A DNA stretch of 64,000 nt, from contig CAYTIW010000001.1 in the NCBI GenBank assembly GCA_964438075.1, positions 18,517 through 82,516 of the forward strand. Reading direction: 5' to 3'. Shown here in pieces: positions 1 to 11,585 of the stretch (the stretch's first letter is position 1; each line of letters starts with the position of its first letter). Made by a program: the position numbers and the translations under genes. The DNA is from an uncultured Planctomycetales bacterium. Its GTDB lineage: Bacteria; Omnitrophota; Gorgyraeia; Zapsychrales; Fredricksoniimonadaceae. The notes below the pieces were generated by a model. It was not told where the DNA came from and made no database searches. It worked only from the letters and a program-made list of their open reading frames with translations.

Positions 1-578
1 GCACGTTTCTGCATGGCCTTGGAAGCACGCAGCTCTTCTCTTCTATGCATCAATATCACCTTGGAGGCATAGCTGGTCAGATGCACCGCTTCCTCAATGG
101 CCGAATCACCGCCTCCGACCACCACCAGCACTTTATTACGAAATATAGGAAGCGCCCCGTCACATACCGCACAGGAGGATATCCCCCGCTGCCAGAACCG
201 GTCCTCCCCTGGTATGTTCATCCGCCTGGCGGTCGCACCAGTAGCGATTATGATGACCTTGGATTCCACCATGCCAGAAGATATGTAAACCTTGAAAGGC
301 CTTTCCGAGAGATCGACCCTTTCAACAGTCTCCGCTTCGATGCGCGCGCCATGCTTGAGGGACTGTTCGCGCATCTTGTCCATGAGCAAAGGCCCGGATA
401 TGCCCTCCGGGAAACCGGGAAAGTTCTCGATATCGGTCGTAGTGGTCAGCTGACCGCCGGCCGCAATTCCGCCCGCCATCATACCTTCGTACATCAAAGG
501 GTTAAGATTGGCGCGTGCGCTGTAGATCGCGGCTGTATGACCGGCTGGACCGGAACCAATGATCACTATGTTCTCCAT
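1..578 (-). CDS. trxB: thioredoxin-disulfide reductase, N-terminal part (3' end runs off the left edge)
   Basis: Minus-strand translation from ATG 578-576 reads [25 protein letters not shown]...[13 protein letters not shown]...[13 protein letters not shown]...[15 protein letters not shown]. This gives the FAD GxGxxG motif, the CAVC redox dithiol and the GGGDSA NADPH motif. GGGAGG lies 6 nt upstream of the ATG. It is absent from the ORF track because there is no stop in the window. Confidence 0.9.
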   Translation of the reverse strand, partial: MENIVIIGSGPAGHTAAIYSARANLNPLMYEGMMAGGIAAGGQLTTTTDIENFPGFPEGISGPLLMDKMREQSLKHGARIEAETVERVDLSERPFKVYISSGMVESKVIIIATGATARRMNIPGEDRFWQRGISSCAVCDGALPIFRNKVLVVVGGGDSAIEEAVHLTSYASKVILMHRREELRASKAMQKR

Positions 579-646
579 GAAAAACCTCCCTATTAATAGG
601 GGCGCGGGCAAGCCGACCGGGCAGGCCGATCGGGACCGGCCTGAGA

Positions 647-1732
647 TCATTCTATGAATGGCCTTAACTCGTCCAGACTTTTTATCCCGTCCGCAGAGCC
701 TTTCTCTGGGGACCGATCTAAAAACCTGTCCAGATCCATCTCCGACCTTATAGTGAACCCTGCATCTTTGATCATACGCAGGGTGCGCAGATCGGAACCC
801 CCGCGGGCGTTCAGGTAACCTTGCAGAAAAAGCGAGTTTGCCACATACAGCCCCAGCGGTTCCAAGCTGCGCAGATGCATTTCACGCCCGGCCGCCATGC
901 GGATCTCGGCCTTAGGGTTCAAGAAACGGAACAAACACAGCACCCGCAGACAATAGGCGGGCGTTAACCCGACCGCCTCTTTAATGGCGACACCGGCAAT
1001 AGGCATGAAGAAATTCACCGGTATCGACTCGGCGTTAATTTCCCTGAGCTGGACCGCCATCTCTACGACATCCTCCTGCCCCTCCCCCATGCCGATGATC
1101 ACGCCGGAACAGACTTTAAGCCCTGCCTCCTTGGCCGCCCTTAGCGTGGCCAGGCGGTCCTCGAATGAATGGGTGGTACAGATCTTATTGTAATGACGGG
1201 CAGAAGTATTCAGATTATGGTTCAAGCGATCCAGTCCGGCCTCTTCCAATTTCGCCGCCTGATCGTACGTGATGACACCCGGCGAAACGCACACTTCGAT
1301 CCGGAAACGCGACTTTATCTCCCGTACAAGTCGGCAGAGATGATCGATCTTTTCGTCAGAAGGCCCCTTACCGGAAAAGACCATGCAATAACGCCACGCA
1401 CCGTTCTCAACGGCTGTCCGAGCCTCCCCCATGATCTCGGCATCGGTCTTCATAGCGTATTCCTCGATCGCGGCCCCTGAAGAAGAGGACTGGGCGCAGT
1501 AACGGCAATCTTCCGGGCAAAGGCCGTTCTGGACGTTATTTAAAATGTGGACCGTGACCTCTCGGCCGAAATTCCTCCGGCGTATCGAATAGGCGATCCG
1601 GACAAGCTCCAGGATATCGTCTTTTCCGGAAAGCACGCGCAGGCAGTCCTCCAGAGAAAGTATTCTCCCCTCCGCGGAAACATCTGAAAGGTTTTTATAA
1701 AACTGATCGATCATGGGCCCCGCTTCCATCAA
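647..1732 (-). CDS. bioB: biotin synthase (radical SAM)
   Basis: 361-aa ORF with the CPEDCRYC CxxxCxxC cluster motif, NHNLNTS and [11 protein letters not shown], typical of BioB. Confidence 0.9.
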   Translation of the reverse strand: MMEAGPMIDQFYKNLSDVSAEGRILSLEDCLRVLSGKDDILELVRIAYSIRRRNFGREVTVHILNNVQNGLCPEDCRYCAQSSSSGAAIEEYAMKTDAEIMGEARTAVENGAWRYCMVFSGKGPSDEKIDHLCRLVREIKSRFRIEVCVSPGVITYDQAAKLEEAGLDRLNHNLNTSARHYNKICTTHSFEDRLATLRAAKEAGLKVCSGVIIGMGEGQEDVVEMAVQLREINAESIPVNFFMPIAGVAIKEAVGLTPAYCLRVLCLFRFLNPKAEIRMAAGREMHLRSLEPLGLYVANSLFLQGYLNARGGSDLRTLRMIKDAGFTIRSEMDLDRFLDRSPEKGSADGIKSLDELRPFIE

Positions 1733-1859
1733 ACAAGTTTGGTTTGCATTTTAGTACAATCCTGGTTTTTTAGGTAGGAAAATCCGACGTAAATGCCCTA
1801 TATCTATGGAAATCAACTTGCTTTTTAATCAAAAACCCATATAGTGTAAATAAAAGTAC

Positions 1860-3686
1860 ATGAACACAACAATGACATCTCCTCATACCTTCCATATTCC
1901 AGTCATGGGAACGGGTTTCACAATAGACTCCCCCATTCGTGTCGCCCGTTTCGGGATATCTTCTGTCATCTCGCTGGTAGACGACAACCTGATAGAGGAT
2001 GTCCGCAGATTTTACTCCCAACGCTACGGCGAAAGTTATTCTCCCATAAAGAAACACGATGAAGATTGGCGGGCCAGGCGCATCACCGAATATTTGAATC
2101 TGGTAGACCTTATCGTAAAGAAACAGGTCGAAAACCTCAAAAATACCGCCTTTGAAGCAGGCACCGACATCACAAAATACTTTGAATATCTCCCGGACGA
2201 ATCCGCGCTCAAAGCCTTATACAACAAAATGCTGGCCTTGAAAGGTGCTGACCAAAAGAAGGCCCTGCAGGAAGAATTGCGCACAAAGGTAGTCGCAGGC
2301 CGAATCGACGTCAACATCATGACCAAACTGGACCGCCTCAACGTGGACCGTCACGGGGAACAACTGCCGGAAGAATATTCGGACGCTCTGGCCGCCCTGC
2401 GCGGCTACGCAAAAAGCACGCTACGCTCGGGACTGGTGCTCTCGGCCGGGTTCAACCGCAGGCTTTATTCTTATATCGAAGAATTCCAGGATTTCTATGC
2501 TGACCCTTTTGGCCGTTTCAAGAAAGAGATCATCCTCAAGGTCAGTGATTACCGCTCCGCTATAACTCAGGGAAAATTCCTGGCCAAGAAAGGATTATGG
2601 GTCTCGGAATTCCGCGTGGAGTCAGGCCTCAACTGCGGAGGGCACGCTTTTGCCGGGTCAGGCAATCTCATGGGGCCTATACTGGAAGAGTTCAAACAAA
2701 AGAAGCAAGAACTGGTGGACCAGCTCGGCGCCATGTGCCGTGAAGCGATGAAGGCAAAAAATATGCCCCTCCCCGAGATGATCCGGCCTTTCCGCCTGAC
2801 CGCGCAAGGAGGCATCGGGACCGTAAACGAAGACCTGTTCTTGAAACGCTATTACCAGGTCGTTTCGACCGGCTGGGGGTCGCCGTTCCTCCTTGTTCCG
2901 GAAGCGGTACAGATAGACAAGGAAACCCTCGACAGGCTTGCGGCTGCAGGAGAACAGGATATCCTTTTAAGCGACGTCTCTCCGCTGAATGTCGCTTTCA
3001 ACAATCTGAGGAACTCCCTGAGCGAGATCAAGAAATGCACTCTCATCAACGAAGGCCAGCCCGGCAGTCCCTGCTACCTGGGGCATTTGGCCAACAATAC
3101 GGAGTTTACCAAGAACCCCATCTGCACGGCCTCGAGAACTTACCAGAATCTGAAACTGGAAGCCCTCAAGGCCATGCGACTTCCCAAGGCGGAATACGAA
3201 AAGGAGGCGGCCAAAGTCACCGCCAAGGCGTGCATTTGTGCGCAATTGGGGGACAGCGTCTATAAAAATGAACATCTGAATAAAAAAGGCGGCATGTTCC
3301 CGGCGGTCTGCCCCGGCCCGAACATCGCCTATTTCAACCGGCCCGCCAGCCTGAAAGAAATGATCGACCACATCTACGGACGCACGAACATCATGCCTTT
3401 CCGGAACCGTCCGAATATGTTCATTAAGGAGCTGCGCCTTAACATTGAACAGTTTGAAAAACTGGTGAAGGAGATGCCCGCCTGTAAGGAAAAAAAAGCC
3501 GATAATACTGTCGAGGAGTTCCGCCAAAATCTTAACGAAGGGATCGCTTATTACCGCACTCTGTTCCCCCATATTCTTGAGGAGACCGAAGCGACTCGCC
3601 AGAGGATGCTGGAAATGCTGGAAGAATGCGCCGTGCAGGTTAACCGAATAACCGCCATGATACCTAACTCACCCGTCAAAATCTAA
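1860..3686 (+). CDS. conserved-looking hypothetical protein, possible FMN/TIM-barrel (NMO/FabK-like) enzyme with large insertions
   Basis: 608-aa uninterrupted ORF. N-terminus is FHIPVMGTGFTIDSP. It carries ESGLNCGGHAF and LTAQGGIGT motifs reminiscent of the G-x-EAGGH and AAGGI motifs of nitronate monooxygenase/FabK-type barrels, and a Cys-rich C-terminal third (CYLGH, CTAS, CICAQ, CPGP). The function assignment is inference only. Confidence 0.6.
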   Translation: MNTTMTSPHTFHIPVMGTGFTIDSPIRVARFGISSVISLVDDNLIEDVRRFYSQRYGESYSPIKKHDEDWRARRITEYLNLVDLIVKKQVENLKNTAFEAGTDITKYFEYLPDESALKALYNKMLALKGADQKKALQEELRTKVVAGRIDVNIMTKLDRLNVDRHGEQLPEEYSDALAALRGYAKSTLRSGLVLSAGFNRRLYSYIEEFQDFYADPFGRFKKEIILKVSDYRSAITQGKFLAKKGLWVSEFRVESGLNCGGHAFAGSGNLMGPILEEFKQKKQELVDQLGAMCREAMKAKNMPLPEMIRPFRLTAQGGIGTVNEDLFLKRYYQVVSTGWGSPFLLVPEAVQIDKETLDRLAAAGEQDILLSDVSPLNVAFNNLRNSLSEIKKCTLINEGQPGSPCYLGHLANNTEFTKNPICTASRTYQNLKLEALKAMRLPKAEYEKEAAKVTAKACICAQLGDSVYKNEHLNKKGGMFPAVCPGPNIAYFNRPASLKEMIDHIYGRTNIMPFRNRPNMFIKELRLNIEQFEKLVKEMPACKEKKADNTVEEFRQNLNEGIAYYRTLFPHILEETEATRQRMLEMLEECAVQVNRITAMIPNSPVKI

Positions 3687-3690
3687 TATA

Positions 3691-4092
3691 TCAACGGGTC
3701 ACCCCTTCCCCCAGGGCTTCCACCACTTTCTGACAGATCACCTCCAGATTAACAGGCTTGTTCAAGTATCCCAAAGTTTGCTGTAACAAGAACTCCTCAT
3801 TCTCTTTGGGCACAATGAATATCCCGGTGGAAATGACGATCTTTACCGTTTGGTCGAACTCGCGGATCTTGCGGAGCACGTCCCATCCCATCTGCCCCGG
3901 CAGGTGGATATCCAACAGGATCAGGTCCGGCCGCTGGCTCCTGGCCATTTCAACCGCCTCATTCCCGTCGCCGCTCGAGATCACCTCGACCCTGAGTCTT
4001 CTGGGCAGAAAATTTGCCAGCACATCCCGCACATCCGTTTCGTCATCTACAACAAGGACTTTGAAGATTTTTTTATCCATCGGATACCCCAT
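3691..4092 (-). CDS. stand-alone response regulator receiver (CheY-like)
   Basis: KVLVVDDETDV, DLILLDIHLPG (phospho-acceptor Asp present), VISTG and YLNKPV receiver signature. No output domain. Confidence 0.85.
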   Translation of the reverse strand: MGYPMDKKIFKVLVVDDETDVRDVLANFLPRRLRVEVISSGDGNEAVEMARSQRPDLILLDIHLPGQMGWDVLRKIREFDQTVKIVISTGIFIVPKENEEFLLQQTLGYLNKPVNLEVICQKVVEALGEGVTR

Positions 4093-4161
4093 ATTTTAAT
4101 TGATAAGAAAGTGTATAGCCAAAACTACCCCAACGATCGCCCTTGATGATGAAGACATGCA

Positions 4162-5811
4162 TCAAGGATAATGAAAAAATTCCAAATATTCCTTTGCCCC
4201 GGCCACTTCGCTGCCCCCTATCCTAACGGGGACCTCCGAGGCCGGCCGGCCATCTTTGATCAAGGCCAGCGTTCTCTCGTAGTACTTCCCATAAACCGGA
4301 TCAATATCTTTTGCTTTGCCAAAGGAATAGAGCGCCTTGTTATAATGACCTCGCGACAAATACAATATAGCCAGGTCGTTCCAGGCTGAACAATTCAATG
4401 GATCAATGGCCAGCGCTTTCTGAAAACTCTCCTCAGCCAACTCATAGTTCTTCAGCGCCTGAAAATTGATCGCCATGGCATAATATCTTTCCGCCGGCGT
4501 CGGATCCTGTAACTTTAATGGATTGAGCGAAGAAAAAAGCCCGAGGCATAACAAAATTAAGTATACCTTTATCCTGTCGTCCTTATTATTTTCGATCACA
4601 GCATGATACATAAAGGAAATGCTCAGAGCTGAAAACAGAATTACAAAGGGCATGACCGGCACAAGATATACCGTTTTGGCAGGGAAAAAGACACCGCACA
4701 GCGCGGACAATAAAAGAGCATATACCAACCGATACTTTTCCCGCTCCCGCCAAGATATCAATAACCCTCCTAAAGCCAAAACAAAGATGATATTGGTCGA
4801 TAAAAGGATCACCGGCGTATTCCGCACGTAAATATCGCGGAAATACACATCCTCAGGCCTCAGGAACTCTCGTCCGGTCATGATCGCAAATAACTTTCCC
4901 GATATCAAAGCCAGCCACCGGAGAGGCTTTTCCTGTATATTTTTGTATGTACTCCGGAAATAAAAATCATTGATCTCGGGCTCGGACAATATCCTTTCCG
5001 GATGCTTTTCCCGGTATGGCATGCCACTGAATCTCTGCCAGGAGCGGCCTTCCTCAAGAAATATATTTGACCCTAAAAGACCGGGATCGTTTCCGATATA
5101 AAAGTTGGCTCCGATCTGTTCCCGGAACAACCAATCACCCGTAAGCTGATGGTTCCTTATAAGAACCGGAGAAAGCACAAGAAAAGCCCCGGACAGGAAG
5201 GTAAAGAAAAAGAACGGGGCTTTCTTCCGGTCCGGTCCGGGGCGGAAGATCCCCCACCAAACGGTCAAAGCGAAAGCCAGAATGTCCGGCCGGCAGATAA
5301 GGGAAAGGCCGAACAGAAAACCGCTCAACAAAAATTTACGGAAATGATCCCTGCCAAAGGTCAAGTAACTGATCAAAACGATATTGAGGAACATCGCCAG
5401 GCTTTCACTGAACAAATAGATTTGCGTATAAATAAACAGCCAATACACCGCCATGAAAAGGGCGCAAACCAGCGCTGACAAGTAGCCTGTCAACCGGAGG
5501 GCCAATAGAAACATTAAACAGGCGCCGACAGCTCCCAAAAAACACTGTATGAGGGCAACCGCCCCGACTTTAAAACCGAACACCTTGTAGATCATTGCCA
5601 GAAAGTACGCATAAAGCGGAGTGTGGTTATGCAGTTGAGACCACAACCATTCTCCGTTGGCTATCTGGAAAGCCCAAAAATTGAATTCCTTCGAATCGCC
5701 CACCGGCATGTAGAATGCCGGATCCGTCCTGATATGATGCAAAAACCATAATCGAACAGCCAGGACCGAAAAGAAAATAACGATCAAGGTCATCCTGTGT
5801 TTTTTCCACAT
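4162..5811 (-). CDS. polytopic GT-C type glycosyltransferase (ArnT/PMT-like) with C-terminal TPR repeats
   Basis: 549 aa. About 400 aa consist of many hydrophobic helices. The C terminus has TPR-like repeats (YYAMAINFQALKNYELAEESFQKALAIDP, AWNDLAILYLSRGHYNKALYSFGKAKDIDP). Confidence 0.7.
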   Translation of the reverse strand: MWKKHRMTLIVIFFSVLAVRLWFLHHIRTDPAFYMPVGDSKEFNFWAFQIANGEWLWSQLHNHTPLYAYFLAMIYKVFGFKVGAVALIQCFLGAVGACLMFLLALRLTGYLSALVCALFMAVYWLFIYTQIYLFSESLAMFLNIVLISYLTFGRDHFRKFLLSGFLFGLSLICRPDILAFALTVWWGIFRPGPDRKKAPFFFFTFLSGAFLVLSPVLIRNHQLTGDWLFREQIGANFYIGNDPGLLGSNIFLEEGRSWQRFSGMPYREKHPERILSEPEINDFYFRSTYKNIQEKPLRWLALISGKLFAIMTGREFLRPEDVYFRDIYVRNTPVILLSTNIIFVLALGGLLISWREREKYRLVYALLLSALCGVFFPAKTVYLVPVMPFVILFSALSISFMYHAVIENNKDDRIKVYLILLCLGLFSSLNPLKLQDPTPAERYYAMAINFQALKNYELAEESFQKALAIDPLNCSAWNDLAILYLSRGHYNKALYSFGKAKDIDPVYGKYYERTLALIKDGRPASEVPVRIGGSEVAGAKEYLEFFHYP

Positions 5812-5926
5812 CCTTCAAGTCCCCTTGATATTTTCACCCGAGACATTCTGTTTCTTTATCATTAATAAAATACTCTCTTTTTTTATAACTAAAAAATTAA
5901 AATACTTAAATAGTTATGCCCCACAC

Positions 5927-5960
5927 AAAAAAACCTCTGCGACTGAACAAGTCGTAGAGG
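5927..5960 (-). terminator. intrinsic terminator after thiC
   Basis: The minus strand reads CCTCTACGAC-7 nt-GTCGCAGAGG (one A-C mismatch) followed by TTTTTTT (complement of A-run 5927-5933). It sits 60 nt after the thiC stop. Confidence 0.6.
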
Positions 5961-6019
5961 GTTTAATCAACTTCCCGAATAAGCCCAGACTGATAATGTA
6001 CCGATGAAACAATCGATCC

Positions 6020-7693
<1,674 letters not shown>

Positions 7694-7731
7694 TTATATT
7701 ACAAAGTGCTTGATGAAGGCAATTGAAAATA

Positions 7732-7980
7732 CTACTTTACCCTGCTGCTCTTGATCTTAACGCTGGTAAAGACATCCCGTCCGTTGGCAGACTGCTGAAT
7801 GAAAGTAGGATACTTACTGACCTGAAGGCTAAACTGCGCTTCCCTCATCCTGTCTCCTAAGGCATACAAATGTCCCACACGGCCAAAGACACGATCCGGC
7901 CGCCAAGACTTGAAAGTTTTGATGGAATTTGGTTTCACTTTACTAAAAAACGGTCCATTTGTAAAACCCTTTCTTTGCAT
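7732..7980 (-). CDS. hypothetical small basic protein (82 aa)
   Basis: ATG start with AGAGGA about 9 nt upstream. No family recognised. It lies between thiC and a divergent promoter region. Confidence 0.4.
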   Translation of the reverse strand: MQRKGFTNGPFFSKVKPNSIKTFKSWRPDRVFGRVGHLYALGDRMREAQFSLQVSKYPTFIQQSANGRDVFTSVKIKSSRVK

Positions 7981-8156
7981 GGACTTTTATTCCTCTTATG
8001 TGTGTGAGCTCCAGCCACCGAGGTTAGAGAACAACGACTTAAACCTTCGGAGAAATTAATGATCTCTCACCATAAAGCATTCTCCGGAACGCCCTATCTG
8101 TGAGGATTAAAAAAATATTTTTGATTAGATGACGTAATTGAAGTAAATTAGAGCCA

Positions 8157-8774
8157 ATGCTTCACGAAAGGTATTCCAAGTTACAGCTGACCACCCCTCA
8201 AGCCATTCACAGCACCGTGCTGTGTGACGAACGTACCTGCCTTTGGTTCGAGAAACTCTTTTCAATATCTAAGGCCGCGGACCGTGTCCGGTCCTCTGCG
8301 GAAGGGGAAAAGATATTTAAAAGTTACAGCCATTACTCTTTGGCTGCTTCAGCGCTCCTGGCGTTGGCTTTTGGCTGTTACCTGGCCTGTTTCTTCTTTA
8401 ATGACCTATTAATACCTTTGGGGCTGGTCACTGCCGCAGCAGCCGGCAGTTCGGTATACTGCATGATCAGAACCAGATATTACCTGGCCGAGCTCGCCAG
8501 ACATATTTTCTCACTGGACCAAAACATGTTCCCCGCCGGATTGACCCTTTATCAATTAGGCGAGTTCTACGCCCGGCAATATGGAGCCCCCTCCCTGGTG
8601 GCCCTCATCAGCATATGGGACCAATGGTCCAGAAATGCCTTCCTGCTATTATTCGTCAGCGCATTCGGCGTCTTTTTCCTTCCGTTCTGGAAATTGATAC
8701 TTTGGCTTCTGGCAGGGTACTTCCTGGCAACGTGCTTGATCAAAGCCTGGCTTATGTTGCGGCAAAAGATATAA
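8157..8774 (+). CDS. hypothetical integral membrane protein (about 4 TM)
   Basis: 205 aa with hydrophobic stretches ALLALAFGCYLACFFF, LGLVTAAAAGSSVY, AFLLLFVSAFGVFFLPFW and LILWLLAGYFLATCLI. One of the few plus-strand genes, convergent with the radical-SAM gene. Confidence 0.55.
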   Translation: MLHERYSKLQLTTPQAIHSTVLCDERTCLWFEKLFSISKAADRVRSSAEGEKIFKSYSHYSLAASALLALAFGCYLACFFFNDLLIPLGLVTAAAAGSSVYCMIRTRYYLAELARHIFSLDQNMFPAGLTLYQLGEFYARQYGAPSLVALISIWDQWSRNAFLLLFVSAFGVFFLPFWKLILWLLAGYFLATCLIKAWLMLRQKI

Positions 8775-8788
8775 AGGATGCTGGCCCG

Positions 8789-10717
8789 TTACGTCGCGAC
8801 ACGGAAATAGACAAGCTCCAGGACGCAGAAAAACACCAAAGCCAAACGACCGGCGAAAGAAGTAGTAAAAAATATTAACAGCACAAATAAAGTGAAACAG
8901 TTCTGCATGATCCAGGAGCGCGGCAAACTCTCATGCTCTATGACCTGCCGTGTGATATCGTAAGCTCGCCAGTTAAGATTAATGATACGCCCCCGGCGGA
9001 CGCTATCCTCAAAATACCGTGAACCAGGCAGCGGGGTCAAAAAGGAAACAATGGTATATCTAGGCCCCAGTTTGAGGCAGAACTTCCATAAACGCAACAG
9101 CGTTGACCAAGAGTCCCCCGGGAACCCGAAGATAAATTGAGCCTGTATCCCGACACCTACTTTCTGTAATCTTTTCGTCAAACGAAGATAATCTTTGGCC
9201 AAGGTGAATTTCCCTTCATGCTTCAAGGAGGGCGAATCGGAATCGATCTCATATCCTATCATCAGTTGAACACACCTCGATTCTTTTAGCAAACGGACGG
9301 TTTCGTCATCTTGGGCGATGTCAATGCTGGCATTTGATCCCCAAGTCTGTTTCAGCGGGATCAACGCGCGGAAAAGCTCCTTGGCATATTCCGGATCCTC
9401 ATAAATATTATTGTCAATGAACACTACGGGCCTTTTGACAATGCTGACCCTTTTGACCAAAGCGATCATGTCCTCGATCTTTTTCTTGGGCCGTGATCTG
9501 CCAGTCAGGGCATTCGCCGCGCAGAAAAAACAATTGAATTTGCATCCGGGGCTTATCTGCAGACAGTCTTTGACCACTTCCGGCGGGCTTTGCATAAGAA
9601 ATTGGTGCACCGTGCCGGATTCCTTCTCCGAACACTCCCCGCAATAGACACGTTTTAGATCGCCGGCCTCATAGTCACGGACAACCTCGGGCCAAGCGCT
9701 TTCGGCCGGCCCGACGACCACGCTATCGCAGAACTCTAAAGCCTCATCGGGGAAGAACGAGACATGGGGCCCGCCCATTATTACTTTAGAACCACGGCTA
9801 CGGAATTCCCTGGCGATTTGATAAGCCGCCGCACAATTAGTTGTAAAACACGTTATCGCGACCAACGCATCTCCCCGGTAAAAGTGTTCCCGCCAGATCA
9901 CCCGGTTATATTCAATTACCCGGTACTCTTTTGGCGTCAAGGCCTGCAAAACAGCAAAGAACGGCGGATAGCGGCGGACAAGTATGGACGAGAAAGCTTC
10001 TGTTCTTATGCTCCCGCCCACCGGGTTCACCAATATAAGGTTCTTGAGCGACTTGAATCCATCAGCTATCGATGGGTTGGCATCGATGAGCACGCAAGAA
10101 AACACGGCAAAGGCAAGGAAACTTAGCTGGATGGACAGGAGACGCAAGCAGATGATGACAAAAGGCCACTGAGAAAAGACATCGCCCATATGCTGAACAA
10201 GCACAGATGACAAGAGGAAAACAATTAAATAAAAAAACACCCGCCGGGAAAGAAAGGCCCCCATTAACTTGCCGGACAGGAAGGAAGAATACTTGATCCT
10301 TATCACCTCCCGGGCCGCCCAGTAAATAACGAAAACAATAATTAAGGCCTTGATCAAAGAAAGACTGAGCAGTTCGCGTCCTGCCATCATGTAAATCAGG
10401 AAATGAACGATCCAGGGTGCCAATTGTACCGCGACCGCTATCCACCAGCCTTTTTTCAAGAAGGATCGGAAATTCTTATAACGAACGATATTGCTTTCGC
10501 CGCTGATCGTTTCAACGGTCAAACCCCACAACCAAATATAAAAAATGGACTGGGTCACAAAGCCTATAGCCGGATCAATAAAACGGGTCCATAAGGCCGG
10601 CACGCCCAATGATCTTGTATATGCTACATTCTCAAAAAAATACAAAAACATGGCCGGCAGCCAAAGAGTGCTCACGATATGCAGGGAACGGCGTAAAGGG
10701 GAAAAGGAGTCAGCCAT
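8789..10717 (-). CDS. B12-binding-domain radical SAM protein fused to an N-terminal polytopic membrane domain
   Basis: 642 aa. At least six hydrophobic helices in residues 1-215, then a Rossmann-like segment (VAITCFTTNCAAAYQIAREFRSRGSKVIMGGPH), then a radical-SAM CKFNCFFC motif, and a final hydrophobic helix at the C terminus. Confidence 0.8.
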   Translation of the reverse strand: MADSFSPLRRSLHIVSTLWLPAMFLYFFENVAYTRSLGVPALWTRFIDPAIGFVTQSIFYIWLWGLTVETISGESNIVRYKNFRSFLKKGWWIAVAVQLAPWIVHFLIYMMAGRELLSLSLIKALIIVFVIYWAAREVIRIKYSSFLSGKLMGAFLSRRVFFYLIVFLLSSVLVQHMGDVFSQWPFVIICLRLLSIQLSFLAFAVFSCVLIDANPSIADGFKSLKNLILVNPVGGSIRTEAFSSILVRRYPPFFAVLQALTPKEYRVIEYNRVIWREHFYRGDALVAITCFTTNCAAAYQIAREFRSRGSKVIMGGPHVSFFPDEALEFCDSVVVGPAESAWPEVVRDYEAGDLKRVYCGECSEKESGTVHQFLMQSPPEVVKDCLQISPGCKFNCFFCAANALTGRSRPKKKIEDMIALVKRVSIVKRPVVFIDNNIYEDPEYAKELFRALIPLKQTWGSNASIDIAQDDETVRLLKESRCVQLMIGYEIDSDSPSLKHEGKFTLAKDYLRLTKRLQKVGVGIQAQFIFGFPGDSWSTLLRLWKFCLKLGPRYTIVSFLTPLPGSRYFEDSVRRGRIINLNWRAYDITRQVIEHESLPRSWIMQNCFTLFVLLIFFTTSFAGRLALVFFCVLELVYFRVAT

Positions 10718-10832
10718 AAAAAAAGAAGTTATCCCGGAAATTATAAAAAAGTATATCTCTTAAGGATCTATCGGACCAATGCATTGATTAAACATTAAAT
10801 ACGCTATCGCAATAAATCAATATAGCAACCGC

Positions 10833-11585
10833 TCAGCCTTGGCGCAGTAAATATTCGGTCTTAATATTCTGCAGGCTGCGGAAAATGTTCGTCTTCACCG
10901 CCGGGGTGACCTGCTCCATTTCCTTTAGCATCTTCTTGATAGCGGCTCTCTGGGTGTGGTCGCTTACCGGACAACGGCAGGTCTCGAACAAATTAAACCC
11001 GGCTGACCTGGCAAAACGCGTTATCATCGCCTCCTTTTCCAAGGCCAGGGGCCGTATAATGGCGAGTTTCCCTTCAAAGAAGACCTGTTTGGGGCACATC
11101 GCGCTTATCTCCCCCTTGAAGAACTGGTTCATTAAAATACTTTCGACTATATCATCGAGATTGTGCGCCAGCGCTATCTTGCGGAAACCCATTCTATCGG
11201 CGAACTGGAACAAAGCCTTGCGCCGGTTCCAAGAACACCAGAAACAATTCAGCTCCTTGACATCCTTGCCGCGAAATGTCCCCGTGTGTTCGATATGATA
11301 GGCAACCCCCAGCGATTTGAAATGCTCCTCCAGCTTGTCGATCTTAACTCCGGGCAGGCCGTTATCAATGTGAACGGCCATTATTTCGAAATCCACCGGC
11401 GCAATACTGCGGCGGTGCAGGAGCACGCTGAGCAAGGTCAGGCTGTCCTTGCCCCCAGATACACCCACAATGATCTTGTCGCCATCATCTATCATCTTAT
11501 AATCGACAATGGCTTTGCCCGCACGACGCGAAATGCCATCGAAAAGGCGAAAAGTCCTTTTGTCCATCTTCTCCCAGCTATCCAT
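10833..11585 (-). CDS. ttcA: tRNA 2-thiocytidine biosynthesis TtcA-family PP-loop ATPase
   Basis: 250 aa with the SGGKDS PP-loop (VGVSGGKDSLTLL), CFWCSWNRR and CRCP cysteine motifs. The ATG overlaps the upstream stop (TAATG). Confidence 0.8.
   Translation of the reverse strand: MDSWEKMDKRTFRLFDGISRRAGKAIVDYKMIDDGDKIIVGVSGGKDSLTLLSVLLHRRSIAPVDFEIMAVHIDNGLPGVKIDKLEEHFKSLGVAYHIEHTGTFRGKDVKELNCFWCSWNRRKALFQFADRMGFRKIALAHNLDDIVESILMNQFFKGEISAMCPKQVFFEGKLAIIRPLALEKEAMITRFARSAGFNLFETCRCPVSDHTQRAAIKKMLKEMEQVTPAVKTNIFRSLQNIKTEYLLRQG

Noticed and set aside
1733-1859. Possible BirA operator in the bioB divergent promoter region.
   Set aside because: No inverted repeat of the TGTAAACC/GGTTTACA type, or any other clear dyad, was found on inspection.
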